Of a DNA stretch of 64,000 nt, positions 11,184 through 20,494 are shown piece by piece. Below the pieces are notes generated by a model. It was not told the origin of the DNA and searched no databases. It worked only from the letters and a program-made list of their open reading frames with translations. Source of the DNA: a virus (lineage: Duplodnaviria > Heunggongvirae > Uroviricota > Caudoviricetes). The stretch is from positions 74,988 to 138,987 of IMG/VR virus record IMGVR_UViG_3300028805_000065; one strand, written 5' to 3'. Within the stretch, counting starts at the first letter, position 1, and each line of letters opens with the position of its first letter. The position numbers and the translations under genes are program-made.

Positions 11184-11496
11184 GATCCAACTCCTTTACT
11201 TCTCCACTCTTAATATCTTTCATAAAATTTTCTTTATACTCAACACGTATTTTTGATTTTGGTGGTATTGTGGCAATAGTACCGTCTGGCATCCTGTGTT
11301 CATGTTCTGGAATATCAATTCTTTTAAAAGCCATATAATTTTTAATATTTACAGCACCATCCTCAATGAGCGCAATTTTAATCGCTTCAAATACATAATC
11401 GACCATCCACTCGCCAAGATAAATTGGTATACGTTTACCACCTCTAAGTGCAAATCTATCACTTATGATTCTTGCCAAATCATTTCTTCTTAACAT
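11161..11496 (-). CDS. HU/IHF-like DNA-binding protein (111 aa)
   Basis: Pattern 'G..N.KNYMAFKRI.IPEH.HR.PDGT...IPPKSKIRV..K..F' aligns with the HU beta-arm signature (GFG.F.....R.GRNP.TG..I.I....V.F..G..LK). Confidence 0.45.
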   Translation of the reverse strand: MLRRNDLARIISDRFALRGGKRIPIYLGEWMVDYVFEAIKIALIEDGAVNIKNYMAFKRIDIPEHEHRMPDGTIATIPPKSKIRVEYKENFMKDIKSGEVKELDHGSKKRV

Positions 11497-11517
11497 ACTA
11501 TTTCTCCTTTTACTCTT

Positions 11518-12753
11518 TTAACTCCTAAAATAAATCGGATAGTATGCTTTTAAACCATTGTCATCTACAACACACACAAGTTGACTTGCGTTACCACTTA
11601 ATCTTTTTTCAACAGTGAAATCATCACCACTTCCTGCAAGAGATCCACCTCTAATCATTTTCACTTTATTTACTTCATCGACTGCGATTGTGTGCAAATG
11701 ACCAGTAAACCAAGCCTCAGGAAATTCACGAATCATTGAAATTAATTTCTGTACATCTCCCTTATTGAACCCATCATAATCACCATGCGTGGCAACATAG
11801 GATTTTCCTCTAACATTAAAAAGAGCAATTGATGTATCAATATCATTCTCAATTACATGAAAGTTCTCAACGTTATAAAGGCTCAGACCAACAGCCCATG
11901 AAATTAAGTCATCAAGTCTGTCGTCGTGCATAGCATTATCTTTGTTTGGTGTCAAACGTGAATGATTGCCACTAACAGATATAAAATTTACATTATTAAA
12001 ATGCTGAGAAAGTTTATAACAAAAATTGCATATAATCTCGGTAGCAATTTTTACTTGGTCAACAACATTCTCTCTGTTAGTAACCTGAATGGTCTTGTGA
12101 ATAATACCACTGATCTGATCGCCTAAAGAAAGCACATAGCAATTCTCTGAATTATGCATCTTTTGTAATTCAATGACATTTGATAACAATTCAGACATTC
12201 TCTCAATCGCAATATCAGTATCAAATCTTCCGAACTTATTATTAAACGTAGCGCCGATATGAAGATCACTCAACAAAACAATAATATCGTTATCGGATGT
12301 AAATGTGTCTACATGATGATTTGGAAATTGTATATTTCCAATAGATACAAGAGAGTCAGAGAGTTTATCCAACATATCCTCGGCTCGTGCGTCGGCATAA
12401 TTCTGCTTACTCCAAGCACGTCTCTCATCTCTTAACTTTACCTTTTCGCGTTCTGCCTCTCTTTTAGATGCATTAAGTTTATTAAGATATTCATCTTCAC
12501 TAAACTTGTTGAAGACACCGCTTTCGTAAAACTTCTTTGCCTGTTCATATGGTTTACGATATGCGCTTGAGGTTCTGTATTCAGACTCGTCGCTCCTGAA
12601 ATAAAAGTTTATCAGATAAGCAATGTCATCCCATGTGCCATCATAATTACCATTATCTTTAGCCTGACCAATAGACCAAAGATAGGAGAGTTCACCTTGC
12701 CCCTCTATGGGCTTTGTGTCAAACACGGTTTTTTCTCCTTGCCAAATCCTCAC
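11518..12753 (-). CDS. calcineurin-like metallophosphoesterase (411 aa)
   Basis: Ordered motifs: 'LSDLHIG' (D-x-H), 'GDQISG' (GDxxD), 'GNHS' (GNH), 'THGDY', 'GHLH' (GHxH); N-terminal coiled-coil region. Confidence 0.6.
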   Translation of the reverse strand: MRIWQGEKTVFDTKPIEGQGELSYLWSIGQAKDNGNYDGTWDDIAYLINFYFRSDESEYRTSSAYRKPYEQAKKFYESGVFNKFSEDEYLNKLNASKREAEREKVKLRDERRAWSKQNYADARAEDMLDKLSDSLVSIGNIQFPNHHVDTFTSDNDIIVLLSDLHIGATFNNKFGRFDTDIAIERMSELLSNVIELQKMHNSENCYVLSLGDQISGIIHKTIQVTNRENVVDQVKIATEIICNFCYKLSQHFNNVNFISVSGNHSRLTPNKDNAMHDDRLDDLISWAVGLSLYNVENFHVIENDIDTSIALFNVRGKSYVATHGDYDGFNKGDVQKLISMIREFPEAWFTGHLHTIAVDEVNKVKMIRGGSLAGSGDDFTVEKRLSGNASQLVCVVDDNGLKAYYPIYFRS

Positions 12754-12929
12754 CGTTCATTGCACGTTGAAGAATTTGTAAACTACGTTTGTCTTCCATG
12801 ATGTAATACTTGTTTTTTGTCCCAGTGACAATGTGTTTGTACGGCGAATTTAAAATCGCCTTTGCATACTGTTTCTGAATTTGTCTCAATATTTTCTCCT
12901 TTAATACTTATATTTCCTTTATAGGATAA

Positions 12930-13003
12930 CGGCTCGTGATGAGTTCGAATCATCGACCCCTTGTTTAACAGACAAGTGCTACTACCAACTGAGCTAACGA
13001 GCC
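12930..13003 (-). tRNA. tRNA-Asn (anticodon GTT)
   Basis: Reverse complement folds as a cloverleaf: acceptor GGCTCGT/ACGAGCC, anticodon arm CTTGT-CTGTTAA-ACAAG, T arm GATGA-TTCGAAC-TCATC. Confidence 0.75.
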
Positions 13004-13123
13004 ATAACGACCTATCGGGGTAATGCTCCCCGTTCTCCGCCGTGACAGGGCGGTGTAATACCTTTTATACTAATAAGCCACAATAAAAGAGAGGAATAAT
13101 TAACCCCTCTCTTGATATATAAA

Positions 13124-13534
13124 TTATTTCTTTAACTCGTCTAAAGCCCTCTGAATAATTGCTTTGTCACGAGAAGAAGTGGATTCGTCCATCATCATCT
13201 GAAGTTCGTTCATCATCTTATCTGAAGAACTCATACGACTATAGCCATTGTCATAGGCGTAATTGCCTCTACCACTCATATTCATATTATTGTTTCCATA
13301 GGAGTACCTATCGTTATATGGCATACGTCCGCCATAACCTACTCCCCAATAACCATATGAGCCATCCTTATCGTACTGATGATTTTCTTCCTTGCCTTGA
13401 ATCTCCTCAATATCCTTGAGCATATCCACGATTTTATTGGCAGTCTCAAGCGTAGAGGTAGTGAAATCATTCTGTTGTGTAATTTTCTTTAATTCCGTGC
13501 AGAGCATATCTTTAAGATAATCAAGTTCTTTCAT
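13124..13534 (-). CDS. hypothetical G/Y/N-rich protein (136 aa)
   Basis: ORF with low-complexity GYGGRMPYNDRYSYGNNN segment. Confidence 0.4.
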   Translation of the reverse strand: MKELDYLKDMLCTELKKITQQNDFTTSTLETANKIVDMLKDIEEIQGKEENHQYDKDGSYGYWGVGYGGRMPYNDRYSYGNNNMNMSGRGNYAYDNGYSRMSSSDKMMNELQMMMDESTSSRDKAIIQRALDELKK

Positions 13535-13546
13535 TTCCTCACCCCC

Positions 13547-13993
13547 TTATGCCGTTCTATCAACCGTCAGATTTGCATTCTGAACATTGATTGGTACACC
13601 GCTTGTATTTTCAATCGAAACAGTTAAACAACACCCAGCAGGGACTGTAATGTTTGCCACTGAAGTCACATTGAAATAAGCGTCTACGACAGTAGGAGTG
13701 ACACGAGCACGGCTCGTCTGAACAGGCTCACCATCAATAGCAATAGCAAGGCTTATTTCTCCAGCCGTACCATCAGTTGGAACTGCAATATTGCCATTAA
13801 ATGCGAGATGATATCTTGCGAATCTAGCACAAGGGTTATTAACAATGCCTCTAAGAGTAAGAATGCCGCTACCATTACGGTGTATCACGTAACCACGATT
13901 ACACGGTATGGAGTCCTGCAATAATACATTCTGTCCGATTTCTACTTCCTGTATCGGGTTGTATACATACTCAGCCATTATTGCCACCCCCAA
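13547..13993 (-). CDS. hypothetical beta-rich protein (148 aa), possible receptor-binding/C1q-like fold
   Basis: ORF with strong RBS; composition resembles TNF/C1q-like phage fibre tips (weak inference). Confidence 0.35.
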   Translation of the reverse strand: MGVAIMAEYVYNPIQEVEIGQNVLLQDSIPCNRGYVIHRNGSGILTLRGIVNNPCARFARYHLAFNGNIAVPTDGTAGEISLAIAIDGEPVQTSRARVTPTVVDAYFNVTSVANITVPAGCCLTVSIENTSGVPINVQNANLTVDRTA

Positions 13994-14761
13994 TTATGCA
14001 CCACAAGAACAACCACAACCGAAGTTAGGCATATTGCAATAGTTCATCTGAGACGCCGGGTAGGCTGGAACAGGAGTGGGAGCAAGGTATCTTTCAAGTG
14101 CGACGGTCTGTGCTTCATTATTGGCAATAATCTGTGCAGTCTGAGCATTCTGAGAAGCCTGACCATTAACATCATTGAGAGCGCTTCTGAGGGAATCAAT
14201 CTGATTCTGCATACCAGCAATACGATTCTCATAATTCTGCTTAATGCCATCCATCTCAAGCTGACAAAGCTTATCCATAACAGCCTGTACTTTCGCATCG
14301 GTATTCGCACGAGTAGCCGCCGCTTCGGCAGAAATAAGTTGCTTAGTTTCTGCAACGGCAAGTCTGTTTTCACAACAACAGTTTTGGAAAGATGACGCAA
14401 CAGCGTTAAAGCCCTGCATATTAGCCATCTGGTTACTAGCAAGCGTCTGAAGAACGTTGGTCTGTCCATTACAACGAGAAATCTCAGCATTGGCGAAGCC
14501 ATTAGTCATAGTAGAACTAAGTCCAGTAATACCGCTCATAATCGCAGACTGATCAAATCCCCTCTGAACATCATTGTTGATAACATATGGCATTGCACCG
14601 CCACCATTACCACCAAAACCATTACCGCCCCAATTGCCCATTAAAGCGAACAGGAACAAAACGATAATCCAAAAAGAACCATCGCCCCAGTTGCCAAAAC
14701 CACCGTTGTTTCCAGTTACCGCCGCTACATCAGCCGCACTAAGTCCATTCTCTGTAGTCAT
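13994..14761 (-). CDS. hypothetical membrane-anchored Gly-rich protein (255 aa)
   Basis: N-terminal GN/GG repeats flank a hydrophobic helix (FWIIVLFLFALMG); central coiled coil; C-terminal 'CGCSCGA'. Confidence 0.4.
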   Translation of the reverse strand: MTTENGLSAADVAAVTGNNGGFGNWGDGSFWIIVLFLFALMGNWGGNGFGGNGGGAMPYVINNDVQRGFDQSAIMSGITGLSSTMTNGFANAEISRCNGQTNVLQTLASNQMANMQGFNAVASSFQNCCCENRLAVAETKQLISAEAAATRANTDAKVQAVMDKLCQLEMDGIKQNYENRIAGMQNQIDSLRSALNDVNGQASQNAQTAQIIANNEAQTVALERYLAPTPVPAYPASQMNYCNMPNFGCGCSCGA

Positions 14762-15118
14762 TCGATAATTTCCTTTCTTAAAAATAAGTTGATATATCCA
14801 CTAAACTTTGCGCAAAGTTAGTATCATAAAACTTAATCCTTGAATTCAGAAATTATCCTTTTATTCTTTTTTAAAAAAACTAAGGCAGAGCCGTAGCCCT
14901 GCCATTACAAAAACTAAAAAGTTTATTAATTATTAATTGAGATATTATAAACGTCCGTCGCAATTAATCGGACTCAGCCTAATCCCACACAAGGATAAGT
15001 AGGTAATCAAATCAAATGCCTTTCGCAATTAAGGTTTTTGGGACGCATCCCTACTCACCACACATTCCTAAAAATGCTGTCTTTCACCGCCAGTCCGCAA
15101 ACCTCGGTGGGCGCTATA

Positions 15119-15370
15119 TTATCTAAACGGAAACCTTGGGAAGTTTGGCATATTCTGCATCATCTGTGCCATTGACATAATCTGATTAAACTGTTGATTA
15201 TTCATATTGCCGTTTCCCATTGAACCCTGTACCACCTGTTGTGGATTCTGCATCGCCTGTTGTGGATTTGGCACATTCCGTTGCGCAAGCCACTGAACAG
15301 GATTCTGCATAAAATTATTGTATTCCGACATTAACTGTTGCATATTCATAAATAGATTGCCGTTCATCAT
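15119..15370 (-). CDS. Q/N/M-rich low-complexity protein (83 aa)
   Basis: ORF composed largely of Q, N, M (MQNPQQ...NMNNQQFNQIMSMAQMMQNM). Confidence 0.4.
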   Translation of the reverse strand: MMNGNLFMNMQQLMSEYNNFMQNPVQWLAQRNVPNPQQAMQNPQQVVQGSMGNGNMNNQQFNQIMSMAQMMQNMPNFPRFPFR

Positions 15371-15810
15371 TTTTTCTTCTCCTCACCAAACCGTACATCA
15401 AACTCACGAGCCACAACATTTCTTACATCCTCTAAAGAAAAATAGGGCAGTGGCTGAACAACATTTGTCTGCATATCTACCTCACCAACAAAAACATATT
15501 TTCTCTTTTTATTTGGCGCAGAACCGTCTAATAGAATATATTCAACAGGATCTTGTGTCTGTTGGGAAGTCTGCACGGGCTGTTGTTGAGTAGGTTGTTG
15601 TTGGTTTTGGTAATTGCCCCATTGCTGATATCCAGCATATGGATTAACGGCGCTTGTCTGATAATACGGATTACCATAAGTCTGTTGATTATAATTATAT
15701 AAAGGCAATTGTTGTGTTTGCTGATTAAACACTGCCTGTTGGTTTACACCATTTTGCTGAATCTGTTGATTCTGCATCATCTGTTGATTTACCATATTAT
15801 TATCTGCCAT
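15367..15810 (-). CDS. Q/N-rich prion-like-domain protein (147 aa) with ordered C-terminal domain
   Basis: About 100-aa Q/N/Y-rich N-terminal region followed by a charged folded-looking C-terminus; ATGA overlap with the downstream ORF. Confidence 0.45.
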   Translation of the reverse strand: MADNNMVNQQMMQNQQIQQNGVNQQAVFNQQTQQLPLYNYNQQTYGNPYYQTSAVNPYAGYQQWGNYQNQQQPTQQQPVQTSQQTQDPVEYILLDGSAPNKKRKYVFVGEVDMQTNVVQPLPYFSLEDVRNVVAREFDVRFGEEKKK

Positions 15811-15813
15811 AAG

Positions 15814-16190
15814 TTATACTTCCTTTCGCCAATAATACAACGGCGTTTCCTCTTCGCAATTAATGGTATCAAGCACATCGCCATCTATGACGGCGACGAC
15901 ATGCCTATCCGTGCAAACTAAAAAAGCCCCACGAGGGTGATCCTCGCAGAACTTCTTGATTGTATAAATCTCAGGATATGTATCTTTAGCCATATATCTA
16001 CGATATCCTAATTTATATAAATACGCTCCCCATACTTTATTTGAGGATGGCATATCATGCATTAGCAATCCTTGTATACATATTTTTAAATAAGTGGAAT
16101 CCCAATCTTCACCAGTTAATGTTCCAATCGCTCTCACTACACAATCGCCAACCAAGTTCTGATCTGGGTTTAAATTATAATAAATATGCA
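15814..16190 (-). CDS. hypothetical protein (about 125 aa)
   Basis: The track ORF extends into tRNA-Met; start reassigned to the internal ATG (MHIYYNL) at 16188-16190 just past the tRNA. Confidence 0.4.
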
Positions 16191-16204
16191 TTTGTTTTAC
16201 CTCA

Positions 16205-16278
16205 TAGCGGATGTGGGATTTGAACCCACGACCTCTAGATAATGAGTCTAGCAAGCTAACCGAACTGCTCTAATCCGC
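16205..16278 (-). tRNA. tRNA-Met/Ile2-type (anticodon CAT)
   Basis: Reverse complement: GCGGAT... acceptor, anticodon arm CTAGA-CTCATTA-TCTAG, T arm GTGGG-TTCAAAT-CCCAC; 3' boundary +/-1 nt. Confidence 0.65.
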
Positions 16279-16403
16279 ATTATATAATATGATAGGCGAG
16301 TGCTGATTAATTCACATCATTAAGTCTGACATCATTTACAGACACCCATCAAATAGTGTTAGTACCTGTGGCACTATTAAGAGGAATGCTCCCATTCCTC
16401 TGA

Positions 16404-16474
16404 CAGGAAGACGAGGATTTGAACCTCGACTAACGGTTTTGGAGACCGTTGTGCTTCCTTTACACCATCAACCT
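16404..16474 (-). ncRNA. atypical tRNA-like gene (anticodon loop CTCCAAA = CCA/Trp) with a mismatched acceptor stem
   Basis: Reverse complement has a D arm GTG-TAAAGGAAG-CAC, anticodon arm ACGGT-CTCCAAA-ACCGT and a T arm CGAGG-TTCAAAT-CCTCG, but acceptor AGGTTGA/TCTTCCT carries two central T.T mismatches. Confidence 0.4.
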
Positions 16475-16922
16475 AAAGCAAGACTACATAACAGCGTAGA
16501 GGGTCACCATGAGCCGTCATATACTAAACTACCAACCTATAACCTACGATTTTAGTATTCAATATCAATTAACAAATAACCAGTAAACAATAATTAAATA
16601 ATACTCATTAATTATTAATTAATACTCAGTAAGCATTAAGCAATACTCAATCCCCCATATCAATCCAATAATCTTGTATTCGGCTTCTTCTAAGCATGTA
16701 TTATTCCGATACAAGATTTAGATTTTCTCATCCTACACGAGAAATCTTGTATTATTTAATAGCAGTGATTTCTTTTATTATTTAACAGCGTTCTAATCAC
16801 TAAAAAGAGTCGTTGAGATATGGTTTGTGGTTTTCGTTATGCAGTCAAAAATGTTATTGGTTGTGCCTCGATGAGGGCTGTTAAGAAACTAGCATCGATA
16901 TTTTGACAACCATTAAAGTCAA

Positions 16923-17558
16923 TTAAACATCGATTGTAATTGTATGTGTTGCGTTGCTTACCTGAATTGCGCCGTCAACTTCTGCCTCAAATCTATCAAT
17001 CCAAGACTCAAGAGATTTGATTTCAGTAAGAACGCCAACTGGATCTACGAGTTCATAAGAGTTCTGCTTTTTGAAATTCTCTCTAGCAGTAAGTGCTTCC
17101 TGTCCAGTTGCCTTTTCTTTGTTTCCATAAATAGAATTAATAAACTGGTCGGCACGTCTTTCAAGTTCCTCACCATTCAGTCTATCAACACTTCTCTTGG
17201 CATCAGCATACTGTTGTCTAAGTGTTGTAAGAATTGCCCTCTTATTGTCAATGCCGTAACTCGACATATAAATTGCCTCGGCGACTGTCATCTCTTCGCC
17301 ACAAACAACGACAGTGTTCTCAGCGTTTGCCTTAGAGATTGCTTTCTTGATTGCCTCAACTGTCTTCATAATATCTGTTACCGACTGATATGAACTCTTC
17401 ATATCTTCCTTTGCGGTCGCAGCAGACATGCCACTAATCTTATCGGCATTAACCTTTGCATATATAACATATGTATCAGTCGAAAGCGCCTTTGTAATTC
17501 TCTTATCGGCTGTCTTCAGATAACTAAGAGCGGCGTGGATTGTCATTTCTTTCTTCAT
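16923..17558 (-). CDS. hypothetical protein (211 aa)
   Basis: First ORF downstream of the conserved 23-bp leftward motif at 17597-17619; strong RBS. Confidence 0.45.
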   Translation of the reverse strand: MKKEMTIHAALSYLKTADKRITKALSTDTYVIYAKVNADKISGMSAATAKEDMKSSYQSVTDIMKTVEAIKKAISKANAENTVVVCGEEMTVAEAIYMSSYGIDNKRAILTTLRQQYADAKRSVDRLNGEELERRADQFINSIYGNKEKATGQEALTARENFKKQNSYELVDPVGVLTEIKSLESWIDRFEAEVDGAIQVSNATHTITIDV

Positions 17559-17596
17559 TCTTTTTCTCCTTTAATTCCAAAAATCAATAATAATTG

Positions 17597-17619
17597 CTCT
17601 ATATATTACTTCCGATTTT
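17597..17619 (-). promoter_or_regulatory. conserved 23-bp motif CTCTATATATTACTTCCGATTTT (copy 1), candidate phage-specific late promoter
   Basis: Nearly identical (22/23) copy at 21395-21417; both lie 35-75 nt upstream of the first start codon of a leftward operon. Confidence 0.4.
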
Positions 17620-17756
17620 CAACAAAAAATTTATAAAAAGTGCTAAAACACCCCGGATTTCGGAAGCTGTCTCCATATAATGGACGAATTTTAATGGCAG
17701 TTTTGCCCATAAATAAAGGATTTTTCAAAATAGGTTGCGGTAAAAAATAGTAAAAA

Positions 17757-20420
17757 TCAACAAAAATTGGATAAAAACTTTGTGCTATCTGTCTTATAAA
17801 GTAAATTAAGTATCTTTATTCCATACTTCCTTGCAGACTTAATTGCGGCATTTTTATAATTGCCACTAATATTTAAACCTAACGAATACTCTATAAGTTT
17901 GTTTATTGTTGCTGGGTTCTTTGTTCTTATCTTCCCAATTTCGTCTGAATAATATTTTGCCTTTAGAGATAATTGCTCTTTAAAATTATCATCTACAGAA
18001 TATACTGGTTTTGTTACGGTTTGAATCCAATCATCATATTCCTTTGCAAGTGTTATTATCTTTGATACATGCCTATATTCTGGTTTACCATTTATCTTTA
18101 TAAAAAACTTCTCAGTAGGTATCGTATTTGTACTTGATATATTCTGAATTTTATCAAGCCTTTCCTCAACCCAATTCATCGGACAGATGAGAGACGGATC
18201 TACTCTGTCTCTTAACTTTTTCTTGCTTCTATTAATTTCAGAAAATGGCAACTCTTTACCGTTCTTTGTGTACGGGATTGGACGTGTATACTTCATAAAA
18301 AGTGGGAAGTCATATTTCTTTTCCTTTAAAGCCCCGTCCTCAAATGTCATAATAGTCCTATGCATACAATCTTGTTGACCAATGCGCTTAATTTCATCCA
18401 TTCCAGAAATTTCGTACTCTCTCTTGCACCCATCGATTATCAGCTGTGCTACAACAGATAGCACAATAAAATCATCTTCTAATTGAAGCGACAGTCTTTC
18501 ATCACGCTCATCGTCTTCCTTTTGCATTTCTGTAAAGAAATAAGATATGGCAAGCATTGCAAGATTTGAACTCCATCCTATTCCAAGCCTTGCCTTACTC
18601 ATTTTATTATCCATCTCTGCGTATGCTTCTGGTGTATTGTCGTAAGATATACCGCTTTCGTTAAGAGCATTGACAATAGTTGGAAATCTCTTATAACATC
18701 TTTTTGCACATTCAACCATTACAGGATGGTTTGTTGCAAGAATAAAATCAGAATCAAAATCAGCACCATTCAATCTAGATTGAACGTCAGTACCAATGCA
18801 ATTTATCGCAACAATATTTTTAGAAAAATCAAAATACTTTTCCATTAAAGGGTGATGTACATTATGAAGATATGCCACGTTATTCATAGAGTTGTTTGGA
18901 GATCTGAAACCGCAAATATATTCACCGTCATCAAATCTTTTGGTATAACATTGAATTGTATCACGCTCTTGTATAAGCGTTTTATCCTTAGTCCAATCAT
19001 CACCAACTGCATGGAGTAGAAGAGCATATGGATTGCCACACAATGTAAGGTTATCGCCATTAACAAAAATTTTACCTTGTCTTAACTTGCCAACGTATGA
19101 GTTTATAATTTTTCTCTTTTCAAGTCTAAACCAAGTTGACTCACCAAACTCATGGTTATGATTGTACAAGTCTGCCATCATTTCATAATGATTCACATCG
19201 TTAGCATTTTTTCTTAAGAACTTTTCAAACTCATCGTTGTCTCTTTTTAAAAGTTCAACATACTCAACGCTGTCTTTGCATATCTCATTTATTTCTTCCT
19301 GAGTGGCTGGTAGCACATTAAGCATTTGATAACTCAGTTGCTGTTGATTACCTAATTTAGATGGATGGTCTGTTTTAACAACGCCCCACAAGCATCCATC
19401 TTTTCTAACTATTTTTGCCCAATAAGAATAAGGATTTCTTCCCATTAAATCAGAAAACTTTCGCCACTTAATAGCATTCTCTGTTGTTATGGCTTTGATA
19501 TTTTTTAATAACTTCTTTTTGCCAAAATAGTCTGTTACCTCATACGTATCGTAGTCATAACCATTTTTATCACACCAGTCTTTGAAAAACTTTTTGATAT
19601 GTGTTCTAAAGAAACACGCTTTAAAGAAATGATTTCTTAATAGCACCATGCCGTTAACATAAGATGGGAGAATAGAAGATTCGATAAGACCTTGACCGTC
19701 AAACAGTGTATTCTTTACATCCGTTTTTTCTCTATCAACAACGCACATCTTTTTCGTTTCGCCGTTGTCGTCTGTGTATTCCTCTGCGCGAACAATGTTT
19801 GCCATTGTTGTATAAAAACTATCCACGTCAGATACAAATAATATGTCGTCAACATCTATGTGTATTCTATCAATTATTGTTGACGTTGTGAGTGGGGCAT
19901 AAGCAGACATCTCAACGATTTTTGCGTTATGCAACGGCATCTTTTTTCCAAGCCCCATCGTTAACCATTTATACGCCCTATCATATAACTTCTCATCTAT
20001 AAACATTACAGAACCAATTTTAGCTTTTGCAGGAGTTCTAAACAACATCTTATAATGAATTTTCTGTGAAGACTTTATTGAACCATCTTTATTTTTGGTT
20101 TCCCATAAAATATCAACGCCCTCTTTATAATATTTAGTTCTGATATCGTCTCTGGACATTGGCGCATATTTTTCTTTATTGGCTTCTACTAATGCGAGTT
20201 TAGTTTTAAGACGCTCCACTAAATCAACGTTGTCGTCTTCAACTGCTTTATCAATCAGCATTGTGAGTCTCTTATGTTCATCTTCATAAGAACGGCTTCC
20301 AAAATCAAACGATAGACAAATAATCGATCTAGTGGACTCGCCTTTGTAAACATCTAAGCCGTGGTCTTTCATGTAATAAAGAAACAGGCTGTTGTTCAAC
20401 ATTGCATCTGTATAAGTCAA
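17757..20420 (-). CDS. putative YonO-like single-subunit RNA polymerase (887 aa) with a DxDxD 'NGADFDSD' catalytic-type motif
   Basis: Motif GIGTDVQSRLNGADFDSDFILATNHP (DFDSD encoded at 18747-18761) resembles the universal beta-prime NADFDGD Mg-binding loop retained in YonO-type, crAss-type and killer-plasmid single-chain RNAPs; size matches YonO (about 840 aa); no P-loop or polymerase A/B-family motifs. Confidence 0.45.
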   Translation of the reverse strand: MTYTDAMLNNSLFLYYMKDHGLDVYKGESTRSIICLSFDFGSRSYEDEHKRLTMLIDKAVEDDNVDLVERLKTKLALVEANKEKYAPMSRDDIRTKYYKEGVDILWETKNKDGSIKSSQKIHYKMLFRTPAKAKIGSVMFIDEKLYDRAYKWLTMGLGKKMPLHNAKIVEMSAYAPLTTSTIIDRIHIDVDDILFVSDVDSFYTTMANIVRAEEYTDDNGETKKMCVVDREKTDVKNTLFDGQGLIESSILPSYVNGMVLLRNHFFKACFFRTHIKKFFKDWCDKNGYDYDTYEVTDYFGKKKLLKNIKAITTENAIKWRKFSDLMGRNPYSYWAKIVRKDGCLWGVVKTDHPSKLGNQQQLSYQMLNVLPATQEEINEICKDSVEYVELLKRDNDEFEKFLRKNANDVNHYEMMADLYNHNHEFGESTWFRLEKRKIINSYVGKLRQGKIFVNGDNLTLCGNPYALLLHAVGDDWTKDKTLIQERDTIQCYTKRFDDGEYICGFRSPNNSMNNVAYLHNVHHPLMEKYFDFSKNIVAINCIGTDVQSRLNGADFDSDFILATNHPVMVECAKRCYKRFPTIVNALNESGISYDNTPEAYAEMDNKMSKARLGIGWSSNLAMLAISYFFTEMQKEDDERDERLSLQLEDDFIVLSVVAQLIIDGCKREYEISGMDEIKRIGQQDCMHRTIMTFEDGALKEKKYDFPLFMKYTRPIPYTKNGKELPFSEINRSKKKLRDRVDPSLICPMNWVEERLDKIQNISSTNTIPTEKFFIKINGKPEYRHVSKIITLAKEYDDWIQTVTKPVYSVDDNFKEQLSLKAKYYSDEIGKIRTKNPATINKLIEYSLGLNISGNYKNAAIKSARKYGIKILNLLYKTDSTKFLSNFC

Positions 20421-20494
20421 ATACTCACGTAACCCAAGATTATAGTCGTACAGTATTCCAGCACTGATATTCCTTATCTTGAGTCCATATTCAC

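Noticed and set aside
15814-16254. Full 146-aa version of the ORF next to tRNA-Met
   Set aside because: Its first 22 codons are the antisense of the tRNA-Met gene. Trimmed to the internal ATG at 16188-16190.
17757-20420. 'LHAVGDDW' in the 887-aa protein read as an RdRp GDD motif, or 'HIDVDD' as a primase-polymerase DxD motif
   Set aside because: Isolated tri-residue matches without the flanking A/B/C motif context. The DFDSD loop embedded in an NADFDGD-like context is a far more specific signature.
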